Notes under the pieces: model-generated | The model's input: the letters and a program-made list of their open reading frames with translations, nothing else | Database searches by the model: none | Told to the model about the DNA's origin: nothing | Program-made: the position numbers and the translations under genes | Assembly: GCA_030248215.1 (NCBI GenBank) | Contig: JASANG010003810.1 | Coordinates: 496,001-560,000 of the forward strand | Direction of reading: 5' to 3' | Length of the DNA stretch: 64,000 nucleotides | Source: Enoplolaimus lenunculus | Taxonomy: Eukaryota | Shown here: positions 38,636 to 51,319 of the stretch, piece by piece | Layout of the letters: each line of letters begins with the position of its first letter | How positions within the stretch are numbered: position 1 is the stretch's first letter

Positions 38636-38909
38636 GCCCTAATCACACATGCAAATATGTGTAGCGAGAACGTGCCGCTGCAAATTGCACGCAGAACTTG
38701 CATTTTTTCATCAGCCAATGAGAAAGCAGCTGCGAATAAATTCAGTGAACTTGCATGGATATTTACACATGTGAACTAAATTCCTAGCTATGATTTTTAA
38801 TGAATTATTTGCAGCTACAAGTTTTTTGAACGGGAGTTTGGACAAAACTTACAAGTGCAAGTTGCAGCTACCAGTTTTGGCAGCAAAAACATGCACGTGT
38901 GAATAGGGC
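38636..38909. mobile_element. PIF/Harbinger (Tourist-like) MITE nested in a family F element (38452-38958)
   Basis: TIRs GCCCTAATCACACATGCA / TGCACGTGTGAATAGGGC with TWA flanks; a related fragment lies at ~55430-55570. Confidence 0.7.
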
Positions 38910-39047
38910 TTACCGCTAACTAGTAATAGGTGCTATATGCATTTCAGAATATGGGTCTTTGATTAGTTGTCTTCTGCGTCAATAATGTCCACAAATTTTC
39001 TCGTTCAAGGTTCTGGTTTATCCAATAACCCTAATTTGAAAGTAGTA

Positions 39048-39299
39048 CACTGTAAATTTCAGTGAGTTGATTTTAACTCAGAATGAGTTGAATCACTCTG
39101 TCTGAGTTAGGACTATTAGAACTCAGAATTTTGAGTTGATTCAATTCATTCTGAGTTAATTAATCAACTCACTCGAAGTCAGCTCAACTCTGAGTGAGAA
39201 TCAACTCAACTCAGTGTGAGTTAATGTTTACTGATGTTAATTCAAAGATAACCAACGCGCTAGATGAATTGATTAATCAACTCATTGGAATTTACAGTG
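39048..39299. mobile_element. Family C MITE (inverted relative to 17117)
   Basis: Termini CACTGTAAATTTC...GGAATTTACAGTG. Confidence 0.8.
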
Positions 39300-40030
39300 C
39301 GCTCTCTTCAGCGTTTAGCAATCAACTGTTACTATAATTATCCGAAATAATATCAGGTTCGGCCGACCAATGACTGAGCGTTAGGAATATAATTAAATTT
39401 CAAAAACATTTGAGGCCTTTCTGATTGGATAAAACTTGTAAACAAGCAAAGATCCAACTGTCTGTGACAGTTTCTTTCGTTTTCAGTTGGTTCAAAACAC
39501 CTTTCCACGTCCGAATTTCAAACCAAAATCGTTTTAATTACACAACTTAAACACGACACATTTGTGACACTTTTGTTTAATTTGTTCAAATTTTCAAATT
39601 CAATTTTTGTGTTATTAATGTAAGATACAACTTTTCTGTAGGCTTAAAAGCTCATTCTTACGCTTAGGCTTAGGAATATGCGTATACTATTGTTATGGCC
39701 CTGTTCTATACAATGGCCGGTTTGTCAAGGCTGGCTGGCTTTAATTTTGTTGCCAAACTTACCAATTACTGCTATCATAACCTGTAATGTACCTATTATC
39801 GCGGGTAAACAAGTTACGTCAAATCGCATAAAGCATCAGTGAACAGACTTAAAGCTTGAGTTACCATAATAATCGCTGAGTTACCATAATAATCGCTGAG
39901 GCATAAAAATATATTACATTTTTGATGAATAAATCTCTTTGTTTAGACACATGAATTGTTTCAATTCGCTGTCATACATGTCAAATTTTGTTGTTTTGCT
40001 CAAACGCACACAAAGTCTGGCTAAGTGGGT

Positions 40031-40192
40031 CGGGCCCGTCTCCAACATGGGGGGCAGGGGGGCTCAGCCCTCCCCCCTGGCAAAATTTGGGCCCTGTTGT
40101 AAAATTTTCAACCTTGCTTGCAAAAAACTCTTGAATGACCCTACTGAAAATTTTTTTAGCCTCCCTAACAAGGTGAGCTGGCTACAGGCCTA
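40031..40192. mobile_element. Family D hAT-like MITE
   Basis: Perfect 8-bp TSD AAGTGGGT. Confidence 0.8.
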
Positions 40193-40463
40193 AAGTGGGT
40201 GCCAGCGGCTCCCAACGCCTTCCGGCGGAGTAAAGGTCTCTTGGCACTCAGAAGGTGTATCGTATGTTGGAGTTGTTCGTAACGATTGTTCAATTCTATT
40301 TTAAGAGACAATATTTTAGTCGTTTTTCCGGCTGTTGGCCCTGATTAATCGTATATTTCTTACCTGATCATTGTTGTTTTCATATTGTAAACAGTTGTAC
40401 TTATATACCTAAAGCTCTATTTCAAAGGCTACATCAGTATTACTTGAGTACAACTAACCTTTG

Positions 40464-40659
40464 GGCGCTTGTATACAACAAGGCCGGAACAGTAGTGTAA
40501 GCGTATTCGTAAGCCTAAGCCTAAGCCTAAGCCTAAGCCTAAGCGTATAGATGAGCATATTCCTAAGCCTAAGACTAAGCAAAAAATTATTCTAAAGCTT
40601 AAACTGACTCTATCATAGCCCCTCCAGAAAACGATCCGGCACTGTTCTAAACATGGGCC
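40464..40659 (-). mobile_element. Family A MITE (reverse orientation)
   Basis: (GCCTAA)5 interior; TIR ...CTGTTCTAAACATGGGCC. Confidence 0.78.
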
Positions 40660-43600
40660 AACACTTTTGTATATAGTGGCGCATCGAGAAGTTTCTATTG
40701 GCTCGGCCGCAATCATCTATGCGTCTAGAAATTTTATTGGCCGGGAGGCAGGCAGGCAAATGTTATGAAACGCAGGTTTTTGATTACTGTATATTTCGCA
40801 TTGGCAGCGAAAAATTGTAAGGTAAAAAGGCGGCGCAATATATATTGTGAAAAGATCACTGGATCAAAGCGACCGAGAAGCCAAACGCAATTTTCGTGGC
40901 ACGAAACGAAACAATTGTAGCCTAGCCCCAGGGACGTTACAATTTTTCATAAAAACATTTTGATGACAGTGGCGAAAACTGTAAAAGAAACTTCGTTAGC
41001 GAAGCAAGCGTGAAGTCAAACGTAATTAGTGTTTCTTAAAATAAAAAACAATGGTTAGGTAGCTATCTTATCATTTTATGGAAAAAGAATTTTCGGTGGG
41101 TTGACGTCCCATCGCTCCCTCACCTCCGGATCCGTTCCTGTTTGTATTTAGCGTCAAATATGTATTAATTGCGTGCAAAAGTGTACACAATATTGCATTT
41201 CTGGACAATACCGGGTGTTTTAGAAGTAACTACCCACTGTTTGATGCTAACCATCGGTTGACTGGGCAGAGGTAGCTCGCTGTTCCGCGAGGCTGTAGCA
41301 AGCGAGAAAATTTATCTACGCTTACGTGGCAGTAACTTAATTTTAAGTCAAATTTTTAAAATGGTACTAATCTAATTTGTTCAGAGAATATCGAGGGGTT
41401 CCCACACCTTAACCCCCTTTCCAGGTTGGGTGATTGTCAATAGCTTACACATAGCTGATATATGACATCTGCAGTTTGAGATCTATTCCCACAGTGCTTT
41501 AAGTTTCCTTACTAAAGTTGAATTTGTACTGACTCTATTTTGTGCTAAGCAGGAAAGCTTATTCACATTCAGAAAATATAAAAAGAATACTGGTAATAGC
41601 AAGAGTGTATAAATACAAGAGTGTGCAACTCTTGGGGACATCCCCCTTTACATCCGGAGGGGGGTAGGGCAAGAACGCAACGCGTGCCGAGTATATTCGT
41701 TGCTACACAAAATGTACACAGTTGTTATACTCTTGTGGAAATATGCATCATCATCCACTCTTGGTAATAGGCAAAATGTAAAATTTCTAAAATAAACAAA
41801 ATACTACTGGATTAAGTAACAAATTAAGTTTGCGGATGAATATATAAGCATAAGCTTAAACCTAAGCCTAAATTTGAAAGCCAGATCCACTAAAATAACC
41901 AGTTGTTTAATGTATGTTTATATTTGTTTAAGTTGGTTTACCCGGACTCTTACACTGGAACTGTGCACCGGAACTCGACAGTGGATTGAACGACGCTGAC
42001 ATATTATATATATGTATCAAGGTTCCAACAGGAACTAAATTTTGCCGGAACAGGAATAGGAACAGGAACTGAATTTTTTGCAGGAACCGGAACAGGAATA
42101 GGAATCGGAATTTGAAATAATTTTCATCACCGAATTACTGTTAGACTTTTCAGACAACTTTGCCAAAAAACGGCTTAAGCAAATTTTGAGCTATTTTCTG
42201 CGAAAACACAACAGACAAACAGTTTATTAAAAAATTGAAGTAATTCGACAAACGCTCATATCGAAATAACAATTTTTTAAAGACAAAGTTTCCGATGTTT
42301 AAATGAGTGGGCATAATTTGCGACAAAACCGTAAAAATTCCGGTCGAAGCATCTTTACATGCAGAAACAGGATGTTAATTGTTGCAACATTTGTTTATTT
42401 TGATCCGTGGATTGCAACCTTATTAAGGATAACTTTAGAATGCCCTTACGGAACGCGACCAAGCTAACACAATTATTAAAATAGCATGTCGATGTTCTAC
42501 AATCATTACCGTATTTATTGAATAAAGGATAATTCATCACTCTTATTTCTGAGCTCTTCGAGCAGCCTAAATTTCTTGTCCCTCTATATAAATACGTATA
42601 TATAAATATATATATAGATATACATATAAATATATAGATATATAGATATGATATGCAATGTTTGTTAGTTTACATAAATACTAAATATGCATTTGTTGCT
42701 AAGCAACATGCGATCTTATAATATATAATCATGCAATTTGTTTGCTCTAAAAAATTTTCAGGCAATCAGATTGTGAGCCGAACCGTAGCTGGCTAAGTTT
42801 AGCTGATGGGGACAAAACGACGAGGGACCGGTTTTAGGTTTCACAAGCATTACAAGCGGAGCTTAAACTTCATTCAGGGTTGGGAAAAAAATTTTTAAAT
42901 CGGGCTGATGTCAACTTTGGCACAGGTTTGGCTACGGGATTAATGCTGAGCTGGAAGGCCAAAGGTACAACTTTGTTTCGCTGCGCTTTATTTTGGCTCG
43001 TGTGTTTATGGAAGTTGTAGGAAAAGTTTGCTGGGAAGCGGATCTGAGAATGGTAGTAACGGTATACAAAGATAAAAAATTTAGAAATTCTATTGAGAAT
43101 GAAATATAAGTACGTTTAATAATTAAGCATGGCATCAAGATTACAATTTCTAACATTATTGTCAGCGAATATCATATGATATATTTTCAAATGTCTGCAT
43201 ACATGAGGTAGTATACACAAAAATACGCAAATTGTCCAGTTGAATGTCCATATCAACTATCATTTGAAATTTGAATTTTTGAATTATGACGCCGTAGTTC
43301 TGAGCGATTTTGGGTCAGAAACGAATTTTATTGCGTCTTTTTTGGTATTTTAAAATACGTCTTTGTCGTTGTCGTCCCACTTTCTGTTCATTTCTAATCA
43401 AGCGCAGATTGCACTGTCCTGCTGAATATTATTGTCCTGCTGAATATCATATGATAATCGATGTAATTTTGGAATATCATATATTCGCATAAATGTCCCA
43501 CAGTATCATGTGACATATCGACCCTTGCACACATTATCACACTGAATATCTGACAGCGTTGCTTTATAACTTAGTGTAATATGACATCCGAGTTACGTCT

Positions 43601-44065
43601 ATTGAATCGTTACGACATCCTAAATTTTAACGTTGACGTCGAATCAACATGAGACAAATCGTGACACGCCTGCTCCTGTTATAACGTGTCCCCCGCATAA
43701 AATAGTCTAAAATTGTAATAGCTTAGAAGGGTGACCCAACTCACACCTCGAAGAGGGGGTCGGATTAACTGGTCGCGGCACTGCTGAAAGCAGCATTTGT
43801 GATCACCTCCCCTTGGGTTTGAAAACCGTTATCGGCAACAACAATTTCCCATGTTAGCATACGAAGGCTTACGTTTCTGTCTCGAATAACATCAACCAAT
43901 AGGCGCACGCTTTAGAACAAACTTTAGGCTTAGTTTCAAAGCGTATCGGCCAATGTATAGAACAGGGGCGGAATAGTAGTATAAGCATGTTACTAAGACT
44001 ATGCGTAAGAATAAACTCATACCTAACGCTAAACCTTAATCCAAAGAAAGGATTGTTCATGCATG

Positions 44066-44216
44066 CGCTGCGAAAATGGTGAGTCAAAATTGACTCTCTC
44101 CGAAATTGGTTTTTCTTGACTACACAAACTGAGTCAAAATTCGACTCCACCAAACTGTGTAGTCAGGAAAAACTTATTTTGGGGAGAGTCAATTTGACTC
44201 ACCATTTTTTGCAGTG
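44066..44216. mobile_element. Family B foldback MITE
   Basis: Family B hairpin with TG/TG flanks, showing the 2-bp TSD is not always TA. Confidence 0.75.
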
Positions 44217-44905
44217 TGAATAACATCAGCTGAACAAATAATAAATTGATTTTAGCAAAAGGGGTGATAAATCGACTGTCAGCCCTAATGTTCGCATGGG
44301 TCAAACTTACCTTTTACACAGAGGCTTAGACTTAGGAATAAGCTTTGAATAACAACGTTATGACCTCAACAACAAACACAACTTTACGCGTTATTGTGTT
44401 TTAAATTTAAATTAATAATTAATGTTTCCTCTCAGTCAGAGTTGATAATAGGCAAACTAGTGTGTTTGTGTTCGCTAGACCATTGCATTTTGATTCGATA
44501 ATATTTAATTTATTATTTAACTCTGGTTTAAACAAGAGTGCATAATACAAGAGTGTGCAACTCTTGCTATTTCGCACGGTACAAAATGTACCACCGGGCG
44601 TTGCGTTTTAGGCCGACCCCGTCCTTGTTTAGAGGGGATTCGTTATCACATGAATACCACTAAATTAAACTATAAGGAGGTCCAATATTTTACGATGCAT
44701 ACATAAAGTGCCAAGGTTCGCCATTGGTTGTACCCCTCTAAATAAAGGGGGGTAGGGCAAAAACGCAACGCATGTCGGGTAAATTGTTTTCTACACAGAA
44801 TGTACCCAGTTGCATACTCTTCATAATTGTTTCAGCCACTGTTGCTGTGACAAATTTGCTTGTTTGAAAATCTATTGATAACTGGTGATAGGTGTTCCTG
44901 TCCGT

Positions 44906-45099
44906 GGCTCATGTAAAGATCGTGGGCGGACTGATTTTCCGCGGAACTGCAATAACAAACGTTTAAACGTCAGACTTTTTTTGCTTAGGCTTAGACTCAG
45001 GTACAGGCTAATTCTGACGCTTAGGATTCAGTCAGACTTTGGCTTAGGCTTTAGGAATTTGCGCATACTACTGTTACTGTCATGTTCTATACATTGATC
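44906..45099 (+). mobile_element. Family A MITE (degenerate)
   Basis: Homologous to the family A consensus. Confidence 0.65.
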
Positions 45100-45206
45100 C
45101 ATTCGCTGAAGAATCCGCGTACAGACCAAAGGCGTAAACAAATGAAGATTGGTGGTAAATGTTCCTTAAAATTTTTATAACAAACAATAAAAACACAGAT
45201 AAGTTT

Positions 45207-45402
45207 GGCCCATGTAAAAATCAGGGGCGAAACGTTTTTCTGTGGGACTAGAAAAGAGTAAGTTTAAGCTGTAGACTAATTTTTTTGCATGGCTTAGCCT
45301 TAGGCTTAGGCTTAGGAATATGCTCATTCTTACGCTTAGGCTTAGGCTTAGGCTTAGGAATATGCTTATAATACGGTTCCGTCCCTGTTTTTTGCATTGG
45401 CC
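45207..45402 (+). mobile_element. Family A TTAGGC MITE
   Basis: TIRs present; TSD ataagttt/ataaattt. Confidence 0.85.
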
Positions 45403-45733
45403 ATAAATTTTAAAATTAACCTTTTTCATGGTTTCTGGTAAGAAAAATGTAGTCGCTCAGTACTCGAAAAGATTTACATAAGATTATACTACTGCGAAAT
45501 CAATTCCTCGCTATCTTCTGGCCAATCGCAAGCTCATCCTTGCTAGGAAATGCTCAAAATTTTTAAGACGAGCATACAATAATCTTTATATGACTTACAA
45601 GTGATGTTGAAACTTTCCTATTGGTGCAATTTATTTTAAGGGGACTGTGTGGTCCCCCTATGGCCTCGGGCCAAGCTACGTCTTCATCGATACTCCCTAG
45701 CGCATCCAAAGGGGACAATGCTTATGTCCTTAA

Positions 45734-45998
45734 CCCTTTCTCACATGAATATTTTCTATTTCCCCTGACACCTACTTTTATGCTAGGATTCGAACTCGGG
45801 TGACTGGCGTGGGAGGCGTATACCATCACCACTCAGCTATAGGAGCTTGACGCTGGAGCCCGAGGGGGCTCTCACGTCTTGTGGTTATTTAGTACTATGT
45901 ATACGTGTTGCAATTGTTAAACACGGTGCGATATATATACTATTTAACGTATATACACTGCGCTCAGTAGCCTACAGGCAACTCAATGTGAGAAAGGG
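45734..45998 (-). mobile_element. piggyBac-like MITE (family E)
   Basis: TTAA|CCCTTTCTCACAT...ATGTGAGAAAGGG|TTAA. Confidence 0.88.
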
Positions 45999-46292
45999 TT
46001 AATGCAGAAAATTTTTCTGTGACAAAATGATGATGTTCCTATTTTACAATTTTCCCCGTCGGAAAAATGGCACATACAAGCATACAGTAAAAATTGCGTT
46101 TCATAACTTTTGCCAGTCCGTTCCTCGTCAGAAATTTGTGAATCCACCCCCGTGGCGCTGATCTAAGCATACGGCTTTTATTTTAGGTTTGTCAAGCCAA
46201 GCCATAGTCTATAGAGACCCATTGCGCGGAACGCTAATTTGCATTTTTCTTAATGTTTTTTACCTTCTATTGTTTGTTGTGTATCATGGTTA

Positions 46293-46715
46293 TGGTTGCG
46301 CTTTACTTGACGTCCAGCGCCGTCCGTCACAGTGCGTCATCCTTACGGCGCCGGCCGTCACAGTGCGTCATCCTTACGGCGCCGGCCGTCACCGTGCGTC
46401 ACTCGTATGCGGCCGGCCGTCACCGTGCGTCACCCGTACGGGGCCGTCAGTCACTGTACGTTATCGTACGTGTATCATTTACGTATGATACCGTACGATG
46501 ACGGACGGCGTCGCACGGTTACGGACGGCGCCGTACGGGTGACGGACGGCGCCGGACGGTTACGGACGGCGCCGTAGTGGTGACGGACGGCGCCGTTCGT
46601 CACTCGTACGGGGCCGTCCGTCACTGTACGTTATCGTCCGTGTATCATTTACGTATGATACCGTACGATGACGGACGGCGTCGTACTGGTGACGGACGGC
46701 GCCGGACGGATATAC
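46293..46715. repeat. GC-rich foldback element with inverted CCGTCAC/GACGG repeat arrays
   Basis: 31-bp direct units followed by inverted units, plus an internal duplicated ~90-bp block; left end resembles the MITE at 60276. Confidence 0.7.
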
Positions 46716-46942
46716 GTAGTGGAATATCAGGGGCGTCTTATCGCTTTGGTATTATTCAGAGGGGGCAGTTCCATATAAAAGGCATCTGAAAGGAGGGTCC
46801 CCTAGAATTCAGCAAGTCATTTTAAAATTCCTTGCAAAAAGAGTCTTTGTTTCCGTTAAATATCGCCCTGTCTACAGGACGTACGCCCCACCGTAGCAAT
46901 TAATGCGCTGAGTGCAAAATTGTAGCCACAGGTAACCTTTAA

Positions 46943-47205
46943 CCCTTTCTCAAATGAATATTTTCAATTTCATATGAGATGCACTTTCAAGGTAAGATTC
47001 GATCCCCGTCTCTCGCGTGGGAGGCGTTTACGATGACCACTCAGCTATAGGAGCTTGACGCTCGAACCCGTGGGGGCTCTCACGTCTTGTAGAGATTTTG
47101 CACTACACATATATGTTAGAATTGTTAAACACTGCTCACAGGGTCTGTGTTGCTCATTTATTATTTGTATTTAGTTGCTCATAGTATACTCTATGAGTTA
47201 AAGGG
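46943..47205 (-). mobile_element. piggyBac-like MITE (family E)
   Basis: TTAA|CCCTTT...AAAGGG|TTAA; tRNA-Gly-like segment at 46996-47054 on the minus strand. Confidence 0.82.
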
Positions 47206-48157
47206 TTAATTGGCAATGAGTGATTTGGTTTTGGCCATAAATGATCCGGTTTTGAAATTTTTTCCATGTTTGAGCTTTCCTTGAACCCTAAAAACCAGTC
47301 GAAATATATTATTTTCCATTTTGACTCGGTAATATTTCAGTTGTCGTTTCAAGCATTTAAACTAAAGTGCAGGCCATAACCGGATATCAGTTTCCGTCGT
47401 TTGTGAGAAAAATCAGCATACGTGTCCTGTTTTATTTCCGTATAGGAATGCCAGGAATTACGCTATATACTTATGCGCAAAATTAGTAATCAATTAAATG
47501 TTTTTTCAAAATGAAATAAAAATTACGAACTTTATCCAAAATGTTAAAATTTTTGATGCATCTTCCACTTTTTTGAAACATTTTACAAAAACAAAGCGAA
47601 TATTTGCACGTCTCAGTTGTGTTAACAGAAACAGAAAACATCTTTGAAACTTTCATAGTTCAGCATCCGTTTTCTGTTTCGTTTTATTTCGATTATTATC
47701 CGTTTCTGTTATTTTTACTATCCGTTTCCGTTATTTTTACTATCCGTTTCCATTATTTTTACTATCCGTTTCCACCCTGCTAAACTGTATATTAATTATA
47801 ATTCTATATTTTTCACAATATGGAATAATCTTTAAATCAAAGTGGTGATTGGGTCACATATTCTAATCGTTAATAGAGTTAGCAAACCAAATTGTCATAG
47901 AGAAATTCTTACAATTCTTTATCAACCAAAGTTGCCTTGTTCAACTGTAAGTCTGCTATTACAGGCTTGCATCGCCAGCGTCTACATTTACGCTCTCATT
48001 TTAGCGTCGTCTTAATTAACCATATTCTGTAATTACTATTTGAGTTAATTTTAACTCATTTTTTGTATTTAATTTTAAAACCTTAATCTTTATTCCAAAT
48101 TTACAACGTATATAATTGTTGAAATTCAACTTTTTCACCCTCATCCTGAGCGCAGTC

Positions 48158-48788
48158 ATGGTAATGTGTGACTCACCAGCTCAAACGCGCAACGGTGGTC
48201 CAGTGATGACGCTAAATTTAACCGGAATCGCAAGCTCAGTAACCTCTGACCCGAGTTCAACACCGGTCGGAAACGTATCTGCCGTTCATGTGGCGTCAAA
48301 TTCAACTCCGGCACCACCGACACTTTCAAACGGCCTCCCTCCGAATTCAAATGTACACCACTCATCAGCAACTGCAGTTGAAATTGCCGATAATTGCAAC
48401 TGCACTATGAACAATACTGCGTGCAATACTGCTGCAGTATCCGGTATAAATAGCGTATCCGGTATTAACAATTCTAGTGGTTCCGGCTGGCAACCGAGTA
48501 GCGGAAGTAGTAGCAGTTGTAGTGGTAGTAACACTAATGACTGTTGCACTTTAGGAACTGGTGAACAACTTGCAGTCGCTCTACGACAATGTCCACCGTC
48601 AGTCATGGCAGGGGTTAATCATCCAGGTGTTGGAGGCTTCCCGTCAAAAGACAACGATGCGATCAAATTGTTTGTGGGCCAAATTCCGCGAAATTTGGAC
48701 GAAAAAGATTTGAGGCCGCTGTTGGAACAATTTGGCAAAATTTACGAGTTTACCATACTCAAGGATAAGTATACTGGCATGCACAAAG
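48158..48788 (+). CDS. unc-75: CELF/Bruno-like RNA-binding protein (CELF3-6/UNC-75 class), first visible coding exon: low-complexity N-terminus plus start of RRM1
   Basis: Encodes [47 protein letters not shown], the CELF RRM1 start, and ends at donor AAAG|gtaaca. The ATG at 48158 follows a candidate acceptor (cgcag, 48151-48155), so the true start is uncertain. Confidence 0.88.
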
Positions 48789-48957
48789 GTAACAAATGAA
48801 ATTCAAACGGCTCGTGTACACCTTATCTCTCGCACGCTCAACACGCTTAGGCTTAGAGTCAACGTTAGGCTTAGGCGTGGCGTAAGTTTGACAACCAAGT
48901 TTGTCCTAGTTTCTACCTAAGCCTTCGTCTTAAATTTAAGCTAAGCCGTAGCCTGAA

Positions 48958-49065
48958 GGCTCTTGTACTCGCCTCGTATTTAAGGTTAAACTTAAGCTAA
49001 GCCATTACCTGAGTCCCGGAATAAGCTTAAGGTTTAACGTAAAATACAAGGCGAGTACAAGAGCC
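48958..49065. mobile_element. Short foldback element in the CELF intron
   Basis: TIRs GGCTCTTGTACTCGCC...GGCGAGTACAAGAGCC, extending imperfectly to ~40 bp. Confidence 0.7.
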
Positions 49066-49123
49066 TTTGCATACAAATATGAGTGTTATTGGAGACCAAA
49101 TTGTGAGTTAAAATAGATTAATA

Positions 49124-49335
49124 CACTGCAAAAAAATGGTGAGTCAAATTGAGTCTCTCCGAAAAAGGCTCTGCGGGACTACATAAACTGAGTCAAATTC
49201 GACTCCGCCAGAGTCAAACGGGCGACTAAGTGAGTCTAATTTGACTCTGACGGAAGTGAATTTGTTTCAGTTTGTGTAGTTCCGTAGAGCCTATTTCGAA
49301 CACACTCAAATTTGACTCGCCATTTTTTTGCGGTG
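49124..49335. mobile_element. Family B foldback MITE
   Basis: TA|CACTGCAAAAAAATG...CATTTTTTTGCGGTG|TA. Confidence 0.8.
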
Positions 49336-49950
49336 TACTGAGAAAAGACACAAGACCAGTAGCAGAATTTGAATTGAAATCTTTGTTGGCGTTTTGTCTC
49401 GTTGGTATCATTGTTAATGATTTGTCAATTTGCAGTTTTGTGACCCCCGTATCTTTTGATTGGTATTCTCTCGAACGAAACTGCTGAGCGATTTGTTTCA
49501 AAATTAGGAGCCAGGTGGGGGTATGCGAGTAAAATGATGCCGCTCGTGTCAGCGGTGGATTCAGAAATTTCTGACGGAAGTCGGTCTGGCAAAAGTTATG
49601 AAACGCAATTTTTACTGTATGCTATATATGCGCAAATGTTTGTAGGATGCAAAAAAAATTGTAAGGTATCGAGCTTTCTTACCACTTTAGTGCAACAAAT
49701 TTTCGCGCGAGGGGCGTACGCCACCCCACACGCCGCATCCCCTCTGTATCCGCTGTTGGCTTGTGTTGTTTTAGATATTTTTCTACTTCTAAACAGGCTC
49801 ATAGCCAGGTCAACCTGCTCGCGCAGCTGAAACAATCTTAGAAAGGGCATGAAATTCAAAGCTTACAAGCTGGGTTGAAATTTTTCGACGGAGGACAAAC
49901 GTTTGTTATGCGCAGCTCAGGTTGTTCTGGACCGCTTCTGCCTATGATCT

Positions 49951-50280
49951 GGGCCCATAATCTCAAATGCATATAGGACCTATTATCAGTTAGTAATATG
50001 CCATCAAACTAACGAACTGCTGCAATTGCAGATCTCAAAATTTCCACAAAGTAGAATAGATCGAATGGAATAAATGTGCTGAATTTCCAACCTCACCATT
50101 CACTGGTTCGAAAGTTACCAGACTTATCACCAACTGGTAATAGGTGCTACACACATTTGAGACTACGGGCTCTGGCTTCAAGGCACATATTCTCAAATGC
50201 GTATAGCACCGATCATCAGTTAGCGATAAGTGTATCGCCAACTGGTGATAAGTGCTACACATATTTGAGAATACGGGCTC
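49951..50280. mobile_element. Two adjacent family F MITEs (full-length plus internally deleted)
   Basis: TIR pairs at ~49951-50172 and ~50182-50280. Confidence 0.7.
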
Positions 50281-50500
50281 TAAATTCAACTGTCATTTAA
50301 GTTGACGGTTGAAACGAATATAAATTCATGCGAGAAAGGGTTAAATTTTGCAAACGCTTTAAAATTCGTCGAACGCTGAGTAAAACGTTGCTGTTGTTCG
50401 ATTAAACTAAACCTAAAATAGTAAATATTTGTTGTTTTGTTGTTGTTGTTTTAAGAAAACCTAAAATAGTAAATATTTATTGTTTTATTATTGGGTTTAG

Positions 50501-50583
50501 GTTGTGCCTTCTTGACGTATTGTGAAAAAGACAGCGCACTCATGTGCCAAGCAGCATTGCATGACCAGAAGACATTACCAGGG
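50501..50583 (+). CDS. unc-75: CELF/Bruno-like gene, next exon (RRM1 RNP1 half)
   Basis: Acceptor gtttag|GT and donor CCAGGG|gtaagt; encodes [28 protein letters not shown], in phase with the previous exon. The expected following exon (MNRPIQVKPAD-like) was not found before 64000. Confidence 0.92.
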
Positions 50584-50629
50584 GTAAGTAGGTTTGTTAT
50601 TATTATTTTTCATCAACTATCAACCCTAA

Positions 50630-50829
50630 TGCCCATGTCAAGATCAGGGGCGGAACGTTTTTCTGTGGGACTGCAATGGAGTAAGCTTAAGCTTTAGACT
50701 ATTTTTTTGCTTGGCTTAGGCTTAACCTTAGGTTTAGGAAAATCCTTATTCTTACGCTTATGCTTAGGCTTATGCTTAGGCTTCGGAATAAGATTCAATA
50801 CTGTTCCACCCCTGTTCTTTACATTGGCC
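50630..50829 (+). mobile_element. Family A TTAGGC MITE, 46 bp downstream of a CELF donor
   Basis: TIRs present; TSD aaccctaa/aaccctca. Confidence 0.85.
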
Positions 50830-51163
50830 AACCCTCATAATGTTTGGTTACAATTAACAAGGTGATACCCCGACGCTGGTTACCCCCTCAAAAATTTATT
50901 GCATAGTTTACCCAAAAATACATGTTTTTGCTCGAGAGTTAATAGGTCAGAAATATTTTCACGCTCGCTACACTTGCTAACACATTTGATGCTTGATTCG
51001 AATGATACCCATTCGAAAGAACAACTTGGTCAGCATTTGGTTTTCGGTAAGGTTGTGTGTTTATAAAATACTAAAATCAGCAATATATATTATATATATA
51101 ATATATTTATATATATTATAATATAAAAAAATATATAAATATATATTTATATATTTTATTTTT

Positions 51164-51319
<156 letters not shown>

